A stretch of DNA of 64,000 nucleotides from Anaerolineae bacterium (GTDB lineage Bacteria; Chloroflexota; Anaerolineae; Anaerolineales; E44-bin32): positions 1,536-65,535 of the forward strand of contig DUEW01000080.1 in assembly GCA_011174845.1 (NCBI GenBank). Reading direction: 5' to 3'. Shown in pieces: positions 17,494 through 25,794 of this stretch (position 1 is its first letter; every line of letters starts with the position of its first letter). The notes beneath the pieces were generated by a model, which had not been told where the DNA came from, did not search any database, and saw only the letters and a program-made list of their open reading frames with translations. A program made the translations under genes and the position numbers.

Positions 17494-19455
17494 ATGTTAG
17501 AGATCCGCTTACTAGGGGAATTCGATGTGCGTCTGAATGGAAAGCCCGTCGAGATCCCCTCGCGCCCAGCGCAATCGCTCCTGGCTTACCTCGTCCTGAA
17601 TGCCGAAACCAAACACCGTAGAGAGAAGTTAGCTGGCTTGCTGTGGCCGGATTCGGAGGAGGCCAACGCTCGCAGTAACCTACGCCACGCGCTTTGGCGG
17701 CTCCGCAAAGCGATCGGCGAGGAGCTCTTTTACACTGACAAAGTAACAATTGTCTTCAGAGCCCTAGACGATTGTGAGATTGATGTCTATTGTCTAGAAG
17801 ACGAACCCCTGGAATCGGGGGCTTTAGAAGATTTAATCAGCGCGGCATCCGTTTATGGGGGCGATCTTCTGCCGGGTTTTTATGAAAGTTGGGTCGTTCT
17901 CGAAAGGGAGCGGTTGCGATCCGCGTTCGAACATGTGGTCCAGCGATTGTTGGATTTACTGGTTGAGAAGGGATCTTGGCTCGAAGTCCTTGAGTGGGGA
18001 GAAAGATGGATTGCACTAGGGCATGTGCCTGAACCCGCTTATCGAGCGTTGATGAGCGCTCATAGCGCGTTAGGGGATTCAGCAGGTTTGGCTGCAGTCT
18101 ACCAGCGTTGCTGCGATGCGCTAAGAGGAGAGCTCGGTGTTGAGCCCTCGGAGCAGACACGATCGACGTACGAGTGGCTCAGCGAGGGAGGAGATCCTAC
18201 GGCGGTTGAACAAGCTTACGTAGAGCGGGAGGTGTCCTCAGCGACCGCGATACGGACGTTGCTCAAGCAATGGCGCCAAAAGGGTGTGGAAGTTCTCGAG
18301 TTAGCCAGTCTAGCGATGGTCCACGCGGCTAGGACAGATGAACCCTATGACCCGGAGGATGCTAGGCTGTTGGTTCGCAGCGCACTGCACCATGAGGTCG
18401 AGGTCGAACCATGGCTGAAGCGAGCCGGATCCCCACAGGTCGCCGTAGCAGCGATGGATGAAGTGCTTGAGACTTATCCCAGACCACGCGTGCGGATGAG
18501 AATTGTCGAAGCTCTCAGAGGTTTGAAAGGTGAGGAGGCGGACGAGACGTTACTGCGCATCGCTGTTAGCGATGATTCGAGTGAGGTACGTTCCGAAGCT
18601 GCCGTAGCCGCATCCCGGCGAGGTAAACACGAAGCCGTGACAAAGCATTTGGTAGAAGAGATCAACACCAGCGGAGATGCAGCGGCGTTATCAGCCTTTG
18701 TATCTGTTATCGATGAAGTGGGTCTTCCAGTGGTTGTGGGTCCCTATCCAAAACTCTCGGTTGCGGTTGCGCTTGCGCAAAGACGTTGGCGTGCGAATCG
18801 AATTGGAATTCTGAGGCAAGTAGCACGCGCAACTTTGGGTGGTGCAGTTGCGATGGGGATCATCTCCGTGATTTCACTTATACAACTACAGATAGTGTTA
18901 CCGGAAGAATTACGTGAAGCGACGGAATTTGTGCCTTTGCCTGTGTGGATTTTTACGAACGCACTGCTCGGTTTGGTATGGGGAGGTTTACAGGGAGCAT
19001 CGACGGGGTTAGTAACCGGATTAGCGGACGCTTTTTGGCGAGGTAAATCCTGGAAGCGGATGCGAATTCTGTTAGCAAGCCTCGCAGGTCTGGTTCATTC
19101 TGGTTTTGTCCTCTTCACGGCATCCACAAGCGATGTTTGGGCCAGCGAAGGTCCATCCGTCTACGTTCCCGTATACCTTATTTACGGTCTCATCGTGGGC
19201 GCGGCATTCTCGCTTGTTGTTCCCAGGCTAAACTTATCGACTTCATTGAGACAAGAACTATTCCAATCAATACGTGCCTCATTGATTCTGATTTTGTTCG
19301 GAATGATAAGTGTTTTCATTGCCTATGGTGGAAATTTGGATGACAGAACTTTCCGATTAGACCTGTTTATGTTCATCGTTACGGCATTGCTTTTCCCATT
19401 GGGGTTCGCATTGGCATTTAGCCGAAGAAAGGGTGAAGACACAGGATCTCGTTGA
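17494..19455 (+). CDS. SARP/BTAD-family transcriptional regulator fused to HEAT-like repeats and a C-terminal ~6-TM membrane domain
   Basis: 653-aa ORF. N-terminal OmpR-type winged-helix plus BTAD (MLEIRLLGEFDVRLNGKPVEIPSRPAQSLLAYLVLN ... LWPDSEEANARSNLRHALWRLRKAIG ... EPAYRALMSAHSALGDSAGLAAVYQRCCDALRGELGVEPSEQT). HEAT-like segment VRMRIVEALRGLKGEEADETLLRIAVSDDSSEVRSEAAVAA. Six hydrophobic helices from about residue 440 to 645. Confidence 0.8.
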   Translation: MLEIRLLGEFDVRLNGKPVEIPSRPAQSLLAYLVLNAETKHRREKLAGLLWPDSEEANARSNLRHALWRLRKAIGEELFYTDKVTIVFRALDDCEIDVYCLEDEPLESGALEDLISAASVYGGDLLPGFYESWVVLERERLRSAFEHVVQRLLDLLVEKGSWLEVLEWGERWIALGHVPEPAYRALMSAHSALGDSAGLAAVYQRCCDALRGELGVEPSEQTRSTYEWLSEGGDPTAVEQAYVEREVSSATAIRTLLKQWRQKGVEVLELASLAMVHAARTDEPYDPEDARLLVRSALHHEVEVEPWLKRAGSPQVAVAAMDEVLETYPRPRVRMRIVEALRGLKGEEADETLLRIAVSDDSSEVRSEAAVAASRRGKHEAVTKHLVEEINTSGDAAALSAFVSVIDEVGLPVVVGPYPKLSVAVALAQRRWRANRIGILRQVARATLGGAVAMGIISVISLIQLQIVLPEELREATEFVPLPVWIFTNALLGLVWGGLQGASTGLVTGLADAFWRGKSWKRMRILLASLAGLVHSGFVLFTASTSDVWASEGPSVYVPVYLIYGLIVGAAFSLVVPRLNLSTSLRQELFQSIRASLILILFGMISVFIAYGGNLDDRTFRLDLFMFIVTALLFPLGFALAFSRRKGEDTGSR

Positions 19456-19500
19456 GTACAACGTCGTAATATACATTTTTCCACAAGCGAGGAGGAAGAA

Positions 19501-19728
19501 ATGGACCGGCAATTCTCAGATCGAATGAAGAAGGTACAAAAGCTCATTAAAATGGCCAAGGTTGACAAAGAAATCCAGGAAAAATTAAAAAGCGGCGACA
19601 AGGAACTGGTGATGCCGGTGCTCAAGGAAGCAGGTTTGAGCGAAAAGGATGTGGAAGAACTCGTAGGCGATCTAGATACAATTTCTACTTCCGTAACAGC
19701 CTTGGGTTTCTGGAGATTTGGGGCTTAG
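19501..19728 (+). CDS. Nif11-type leader-like small peptide with a Trp-containing C-terminal tail (candidate RiPP/pheromone precursor)
   Basis: 75-aa ORF with a strong RBS (GAGGAGGAAGAA directly upstream of the ATG). KVQKLIKMAKVDKEIQEKLKSGDKELVMPVLKEAGLSEKDVEEL matches the Nif11 pattern (compare prochlorosin leaders: LKAFIAKVQADTSLQEQLKAEG..VVAIAKAAGFSIT.EDLE). Tail is TISTSVTALGFWRFGA, with the Trp codon at 19711-19713. There is no GG cleavage motif. Confidence 0.6.
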   Translation: MDRQFSDRMKKVQKLIKMAKVDKEIQEKLKSGDKELVMPVLKEAGLSEKDVEELVGDLDTISTSVTALGFWRFGA

Positions 19729-19775
19729 GAGAAGGGAAAACGTCAGCTAGTCACTGAATCATCCGATATTGCCTG

Positions 19776-20807
19776 TTGAATGTCAGTGCTAATCCTGAGA
19801 GAGGGTTTCCTCGGAGGGATTTCTTTGTGCATGCAAAGTACCTAAGAAGCCGCCGAGCGAAGAGACTCTTTGATGACTTGGACGAACTCTACTTCCAATT
19901 TGCCTCCCAGCTGCCTTCCCCGCTGGATGCCCTTGCTCAATTAAACAGCACGTATGAAGGGGATAATGAACAAAAACCCTTTGAGAGCCTGCGAGGTTTA
20001 AACCCCGTTCTCGTAGGCACACCATGGCTCTTTTGGGAGACATTTGAAGGGCTTTCTGATAAAACTTTCCTTCTCATAGCCGAGGCTGGCACGTACTACG
20101 TGTTGGCCTCGGTTGTTATGGATCACATCTTGGATGGACAAGCCAAACCAATAGAAGCCATGGGTCTGTTTCATCAGGCACTTTATGAAAGAGGGATTGC
20201 CAAGTATCGCCAGGCGTTTTCCACTTCATCTTCGTTCTGGGATCACTTTGAGAGGTTGGCGATCGATCACTTGGCAGGTCTATCGGAAGAGTATGTACTT
20301 CAATCCCATCCCCAACGGATAGATCGAGAGGCTCTCATTAAAATGGCACATGGAAAGGTATCCCCCATTGTCACCACAATTGTTGGTTTGGCGGAGACCT
20401 TGGATAAAACGGCTGTGATCGTGCCTATTGAGGCCTCTCTAAAACACATAGCTGTGGCTTCGCAACTGTTGGACGATATTGGGGATTGGAAACACGATCT
20501 ACAAGTTGGTCATATGACATATTATTTATCTTGTCTCACTCCGAACGCAGCTGGGTTGTTAACTGAACGATCTTCCTTGGATGAACATCAACGCAAGATT
20601 GACGCTGAATGGTTAGATGTTGAACAAATGGGTGAGGTGATCGAAGGGCTGAACCGTTCGCTTGAGGCCGTAAGGGATGTTGATTGCCCGGCATGGATCG
20701 ATTATGTAAATGGTTATAAGACTCTAGCAAATGAGCACATGACAGGATTTGTGGCCCGACATATCATGCGAATACTTCAACAATTAGACATAAATCCAAA
20801 TGATTAA
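19776..20807 (+). CDS. Polyprenyl-synthase-fold (class I isoprenoid enzyme) protein, ComQ-like candidate peptide prenyltransferase
   Basis: 343-aa ORF starting 47 nt after the small peptide gene. Degenerate first Asp motif VVMDHILDG (20121-20135). Second motif ASQLLDDIGDWKHD (20472-20498) resembles the polyprenyl synthase SARM FQxxDDxxD. The two motifs are about 117 residues apart. Start codon uncertain (TTG 19776 or a downstream GTG). Confidence 0.5.
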   Translation: MNVSANPERGFPRRDFFVHAKYLRSRRAKRLFDDLDELYFQFASQLPSPLDALAQLNSTYEGDNEQKPFESLRGLNPVLVGTPWLFWETFEGLSDKTFLLIAEAGTYYVLASVVMDHILDGQAKPIEAMGLFHQALYERGIAKYRQAFSTSSSFWDHFERLAIDHLAGLSEEYVLQSHPQRIDREALIKMAHGKVSPIVTTIVGLAETLDKTAVIVPIEASLKHIAVASQLLDDIGDWKHDLQVGHMTYYLSCLTPNAAGLLTERSSLDEHQRKIDAEWLDVEQMGEVIEGLNRSLEAVRDVDCPAWIDYVNGYKTLANEHMTGFVARHIMRILQQLDINPND

Positions 20808-20985
20808 GAGTTGCACAGAAGAAGGACGATATCAATGGTATCAACAGGATCTGAATGAACTAAGGTGCCTAGCTGATTTTCTGCCCATCCATGCCATCGA
20901 GCCGCTCATACAATCGCAAGGAGAGTGATTGATCCGTAGATCATTCGAGAATAGAGGTGATTTTCTTGGCTTGTTATTAATAGAA

Positions 20986-21012
20986 CAGCGCCGAGCTACC
21001 GGCGCTGCTTTT
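20986..21012. terminator. Terminator hairpin (copy A of the duplicated fmdB 3-prime flank)
   Basis: Stem CAGCGCCG / CGGCGCTG with loop AGCTAC, followed by CTTTT. Lies between the convergent 19776..20807(+) gene and the fmdB fragment. Confidence 0.55.
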
Positions 21013-21043
21013 AGATTTCAAAAGAATTCTTCAAAATATTCTT

Positions 21044-21185
21044 CTATATCCCGCAAGACGAACAATGATGAGTGCTGCAGGTATTGCAGGCGTTCCCCGC
21101 GCCCGCAGCTTCACATCCCTCGCTATGCGCAGCGAAAAGCGAGATTGTACGTGAGGTATTCTCGCTCTATCAATTTCACATGACT
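21044..21185 (-). pseudogene. Truncated paralogous fragment of the FmdB-family zinc-ribbon gene (C-terminal ~40 codons only)
   Basis: The minus strand of 21044-21166 translates to SENTSRTISLFAAHSEGCEAAGAGNACNTCSTHHCSSCGI-stop. This compares with ...SEHTSRTISLFAAHSEGRVVAGAGNACNTCSTHHCSSCGI-stop of the intact gene at 23746..23970. In-frame TGA TAG stops lie immediately upstream, and nucleotide similarity decays by about 21185. Confidence 0.8.
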
Positions 21186-21195
21186 GTACTAGTGT

Positions 21196-23136
21196 CTAAA
21201 AATATACGCTGTAAGTTTTTAAAAGAAGATAGGCAGTTATCAATTGCACAGCCGTTCCGACTTTTATAATCTTGATATTAAAACCAAAAATATACTTTAA
21301 CTCATCGATGGCGAGAAGGATAAATCCTGGAACAAGGAAGATCCACAATCTACCGACCTCGCCTCGTGTCTGACCCAAAAGGTTCAGGAGGAAATAGGTA
21401 ACGAAAAAGGATATGGCCACGAGATCGATGTCCCTCATACGTTCCTTGAGCAGCCTCATTCCTGCCCTCAACCACCTCGATATCGCAAGTAGAAAAATCG
21501 GTGCACCTACCCAAAATACAAACTCTAAATTGTTCTGCACGACAGCTAAGAACACTTGCTGAAGATCTGGTTGAAGTAATTTCACACTTCGATGGACGGC
21601 GAGGGCTTTCGAATACCGCAGGAAGGGATCATAACCAAAACCAATGTAGAAAAGAACTCCCGTTAGAATGACGCTAATAGCAACCCCTGCAGATACGTAA
21701 AACAACCTTTTACTAACGCCATGTTTTCTTTGCTTCCACATTCTCAACCCAAGTAGGGTGAATGTCATCGCCAACAGAGCGATGAGAGAGAAGCTTGTGA
21801 ACACTGACACATAGATAAAACCACCAGAAAGCATGCCAATCCAGAATGATTCACTCGTCACTGTCTTCCAAGCCAGAAAGATTCCGATCATAAAAAGCAA
21901 GGGGTACAGGAATTGATCTAGCAGAAGCGTTTGCAAAGCAAAGCATGGGACTAGGCTTAGGATCAAAGAGGGTGTCCAGCTCTCATGTTTCTCAAGAAAT
22001 TCCCTACCGAGAAGATACAAAACACACAAACCTAAAAGTGAAAACACCGGAAAAGTAAGTGTAGCGAATCTGACGAGGTTTTCTCGACGTTCTTCATAAC
22101 TCGCCCGAGGGTCGCTCAAATTGGAGATCTTTTCCATAAAGATGTAGAAGACAAGAGCCCCTGGTGGTTTCGTTCTGAGGGTTTCATCAGTCCCATAGCG
22201 CTCCTCGTATTTGACTATCGCTCGACTGAGATTGAGATTGGGTCCAGCGTTGACAAGATAGCGGACTTGATTGGACTGATATAGTGGCGTCTGGAGGGAG
22301 TCGAAGCTTCCTCCTCGGATGAACGCAAAAGACACCTGAGTGACATAACCCAGGACTAAGATCAGGATCAGATGTCGATAACCCTTTATAGAAAAGGTCT
22401 TCATCCGCCCAACCACCCACAGCGCAAAGAATATCAAGCCAAGAAAAAGAAGGTCTCTAAGCGAAAAGGGTTGGACGTTGAACCATCCCCACCAATAAGG
22501 GAAATGGAAGAGAACACTTTCGCGAAGGACTAGGATCAATATGTGCAACAGGGTGAAGGAGACGATCACGAGGCCCCACAAATACCGCAGGATCATACGA
22601 GTTGTGAAGGTTTTCACCTTTTCCCTGATTGAGTGGTATGCGACAAAGATGAATGCCAAAGTTTGAGCAGTTGCTAGAGTCCCCCACCGGATAATGGAGA
22701 ACGATCGATCATAAACAGCACGGAGTGAACCGAAGTACTCTCCCAGAGGTAAAGCAAAGATGAGCTCGATCAGAACGCCCAAGATCGTTATATATGCAAT
22801 TATCAGCATGCTGATTGCTATTCGATCTGATTTCTGAATGTATTCCTCCAGCGTAAACAAAATGTCTTCAAACCAGGAGTGGTTTGTAAATGACTTCACC
22901 GAAAGATAGGTCAGGAGCAGTAGCAGGAGGAGAGCAATTCCCCCCAGAACGATACGTTCCGGAGAAAAGCCGAAAAGAAAGGCGCTATCTCTATCTGAAT
23001 GGATTCGAAATAGGAGGATGAAAGCGGGGATTCCTTCGATTGTGGTAAGGATTAAGAGGACCTGCATCAAATGCTTTTTGTACAGAGATGGGGTTTCCCT
23101 CAATTCCTCCAGCATTTGGGTGATTCTATTACCCAT
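21196..23136 (-). CDS. Large polytopic membrane protein, possible GT-C (ArnT/PMT-like) glycosyltransferase
   Basis: 646-aa ORF with more than 15 hydrophobic segments. The loop motif RTKPPGALVFYIF is reminiscent of the KPPL motif of GT-C enzymes. Visibly more AT-rich than neighbouring genes. The functional call is weak. Confidence 0.4.
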   Translation of the reverse strand: MGNRITQMLEELRETPSLYKKHLMQVLLILTTIEGIPAFILLFRIHSDRDSAFLFGFSPERIVLGGIALLLLLLLTYLSVKSFTNHSWFEDILFTLEEYIQKSDRIAISMLIIAYITILGVLIELIFALPLGEYFGSLRAVYDRSFSIIRWGTLATAQTLAFIFVAYHSIREKVKTFTTRMILRYLWGLVIVSFTLLHILILVLRESVLFHFPYWWGWFNVQPFSLRDLLFLGLIFFALWVVGRMKTFSIKGYRHLILILVLGYVTQVSFAFIRGGSFDSLQTPLYQSNQVRYLVNAGPNLNLSRAIVKYEERYGTDETLRTKPPGALVFYIFMEKISNLSDPRASYEERRENLVRFATLTFPVFSLLGLCVLYLLGREFLEKHESWTPSLILSLVPCFALQTLLLDQFLYPLLFMIGIFLAWKTVTSESFWIGMLSGGFIYVSVFTSFSLIALLAMTFTLLGLRMWKQRKHGVSKRLFYVSAGVAISVILTGVLFYIGFGYDPFLRYSKALAVHRSVKLLQPDLQQVFLAVVQNNLEFVFWVGAPIFLLAISRWLRAGMRLLKERMRDIDLVAISFFVTYFLLNLLGQTRGEVGRLWIFLVPGFILLAIDELKYIFGFNIKIIKVGTAVQLITAYLLLKTYSVYF

Positions 23137-23684
23137 TAGAATCCCTTAAAATAAAACGATTCTCATGTGTACGGAAGAAAACAATCGCGAACTCCGCGTC
23201 CCGTCGTGTAAGGAGTATAACCGTGATTCGTTCTATTCCAACTGATAATGCTCAACCCTATGTTTCATTGAAAAGCATGTTCGCCCGGATTAGTCGTTTT
23301 CCAGTCTGAACGCTCATCACGCGAATACAGCTGGACTTGAACGCTTGTCCAGTTTAACCGAACCCTAAGAAGGTGTTTTCCCTCAACTCCGTAGCGAGAC
23401 GAACCAACGAATTGATACCATGAAGGAGTAACATCTACCACTGCACCGGCAGTCCACTCCAGAGAACAATCGCAAGAAGCGCAGGATGAATACTTCCTTG
23501 GGCTGCGATGTTACAGATACTGCTCGTAATCCCTTATCTTCCACATATATACTTCATTTATTGAGAGAATTATGGCCAATCAGAGGCCTGATTTAGACCG
23601 TTCCATCCTTTCTATTCAAGTGGAGACTAATCGATCTAAAAAGTAGCTAAGATAGTATTAATTTACTCACTGTAATGTTCGAAC

Positions 23685-23707
23685 AAAAAGCGCCGGTATA
23701 CCGGCGC
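23685..23707 (-). terminator. Intrinsic terminator of fmdB (copy B of the duplicated flank)
   Basis: Stem GCGCCGG / CCGGCGC with loop TATA (23690-23707). On the minus strand it is followed by T5 (A5 at 23685-23689). Located 39 nt after the fmdB stop. Confidence 0.6.
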
Positions 23708-23745
23708 CAAGTATCTCAGATACGAGACGATTTTAAATTTTCTCC

Positions 23746-23970
23746 TTATATCCCGCAAGATGAGCAATGATGCGTGCTGCAGGTATTGCAGGCGTTCCCC
23801 GCACCTGCAACGACACGCCCCTCACTATGCGCAGCGAAGAGCGAGATCGTTCGTGAGGTATGCTCGCTCTGGCAGTATTCACAACAGATGGGGGCGTCCG
23901 CCTCGCTCATCGAACGAAGAGCGTCAAATTTCTTATCACAATCCAAGCAGATGTACTCATAAATCGGCAT
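23746..23970 (-). CDS. FmdB-family zinc-ribbon putative regulatory protein
   Basis: 74-aa ORF MPIYEYICLDCDKKFDALRSMSEADAPICCEYCQSEHTSR... with the CxxC...CxxC zinc ribbon and a Gly/Cys/Ser-rich tail typical of the CxxC_CxxC_SSSS family. Confidence 0.85.
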   Translation of the reverse strand: MPIYEYICLDCDKKFDALRSMSEADAPICCEYCQSEHTSRTISLFAAHSEGRVVAGAGNACNTCSTHHCSSCGI

Positions 23971-24106
23971 ACCAATCCTCTGGGGATTTCTACTTTAAAA
24001 GGATTCTATCGATAGTAAAGCTAATGGTCAATGGCAAAGTTGTGGCACTCAAGTCCAAGGATGGCGTATATACCCTAGCTCATGGGTGGGGGGATGCTTG
24101 ATTCTC

Positions 24107-25030
24107 CTACGATTTGCGACGACGAATTTCGAATCGGTCGAAATCCTTAACAACCGCTACGTTGGGAAAGATCGCGCTCGCCTCTTCGAGCACCTCATTT
24201 GCACGGTAGCGGCGTGAGATATGGGTCAGGTACAAGTGCCCTACCTTCGCCTGCTGTGCCAATTCGGCGGCTTGTTGTGCGGTGAGATGGCCGAATTTAC
24301 GAGCCAGGTCCGCCTCCGCTTCCAGGTAGGTGGCTTCGATAACCAATCCGTCAGCCTCGTGGCATGTCTCAACCAGGTTGTCCGCACGACCGCAATCACC
24401 GACATGGACCAAGCGAGTACCAGGCCGTGGTGGCCCAAGGACATCTTCAGGTGTCACGATGCGACCATCGGGCAGCGATACGCTTTGACCTTTTACCAGG
24501 TCGCCCCGGATAGGACCGGGGGGAATGTTCAACTCTTCAGCACGCTCTGGAAGAAATGGGCGGTGAGGCAGCTCCTCAAAAACAAAGCCAAAACAACCCG
24601 GGCCCCGATGCGTAACCGGGAAAGCGGAGAGACGCATGCCGTTCTCGTCCAGGAGAACCCCGGGCTCTATCGGTTTCATTTGGATCTTCATTGGAGGACG
24701 AGCGCCGCGCAAGACCACTCCGAATAACAAATCCTCGATCCGCTCCGTTGCCCATTCACCGGCCCATATCTCCAGATCGTCGATCGCTTCCCATCGAGAA
24801 AAGGTTGAAAGTAATCCGGCCAACCCTAGAATGTGATCCAGGTGTCCATGGGTGATGAGGATCCGTTTCAGACGACGGAACCCGATCCCAGAACGCAAGA
24901 TTTGCCGCTGTGTACCTTCACCACAGTCGATGAGGAAGCGTTGATGACGATAGCTGACCACCTGCGAGGTGAGTCCCCGATGGACGGATGGGGCTGAAGC
25001 GGAAGTGCCAAGAAAGATAAGTTCAAACAA
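24107..25030 (-). CDS. rnz: Ribonuclease Z (tRNA 3-prime endonuclease, metallo-beta-lactamase fold)
   Basis: 307-aa ORF. N-terminus MFELIFLGTSASAPSVHRGLTS, then FLIDCGEGTQRQ and the HxHxDH motif ITHGHLDHILGLAGL. Confidence 0.9.
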   Translation of the reverse strand: MFELIFLGTSASAPSVHRGLTSQVVSYRHQRFLIDCGEGTQRQILRSGIGFRRLKRILITHGHLDHILGLAGLLSTFSRWEAIDDLEIWAGEWATERIEDLLFGVVLRGARPPMKIQMKPIEPGVLLDENGMRLSAFPVTHRGPGCFGFVFEELPHRPFLPERAEELNIPPGPIRGDLVKGQSVSLPDGRIVTPEDVLGPPRPGTRLVHVGDCGRADNLVETCHEADGLVIEATYLEAEADLARKFGHLTAQQAAELAQQAKVGHLYLTHISRRYRANEVLEEASAIFPNVAVVKDFDRFEIRRRKS

Positions 25031-25102
25031 GGGTAACCCTGGCTTCTAATAAGCTGAACCCGGCGGTCGGGTGGTCCATTGTACCTTAAACGAGATGGTT
25101 CT

Positions 25103-25552
25103 TCAGGACAAGCGGAGGGAAGTTTGCCAGGAGGCAAACCCTGCCAGGCAAGCAGGGATGGAGATGAGAATCGGCTCAAAGGTTCGTGTTTCCAAAATCG
25201 TGCTGACACCCCAAAGAACGACGAGAGCTAACGCAACGGTGAAATAACGGTGACCGAAAGTCCGTCGCCAAATCATCGATGGGAGCCACCTTGGCTGAAT
25301 GATACTTAGTATCGTTATGGTAAATCCTATGCTGACCAGGCTGATACGACCGGAGATCGGCCAATCTGGGTGGCCAAGCAACAGAATCGATGTGGGGAGG
25401 AAGAAAAGCAATCCGTGAGCAATTGCCAATTCCAAATAGGGGTGTCGATGGAGCTTGGAAAAGGCTCGCCTGAGCAGTATGCCCATGACGGCACTAAATC
25501 CAATATAGAGGGTGATGGTACTCATCCAAAAGGATGCTTGCTGGAAGACCAC
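25103..25552 (-). CDS. Hypothetical membrane protein (about 5 TM)
   Basis: 149-aa hydrophobic ORF with no recognisable motif. Confidence 0.45.
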   Translation of the reverse strand: MVFQQASFWMSTITLYIGFSAVMGILLRRAFSKLHRHPYLELAIAHGLLFFLPTSILLLGHPDWPISGRISLVSIGFTITILSIIQPRWLPSMIWRRTFGHRYFTVALALVVLWGVSTILETRTFEPILISIPACLAGFASWQTSLRLS

Positions 25553-25794
25553 GGTTTCTCTTGTCCTTTTTTAGGTTTGAGTTATGAGGGGTGCAAGTTG
25601 TATGCCCGAGGAAGTAATAAAAAGGGGATTTTAGCCCATTTTTGAGTTTCGCAAACCAAGTTTCAATAAACCATAGCTATAGATGCGCCTTGAGTATGCA
25701 TTCGACGCACACAATGATGGCATACATGTGAAGCCTTAAACCAGGGTAAGAATCCAAACTGGCAGTAACTCTTTCCCCATGTATGATCACGATA

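Noticed and set aside
20929-21269. Plus-strand ORFs 20929..21183 and 21072..21269, and their twins at 23760..24101 and 23774..23962
   Set aside because: They are antisense translations of the fmdB gene and its duplicated fragment. Their similarity to each other merely reflects the DNA duplication.
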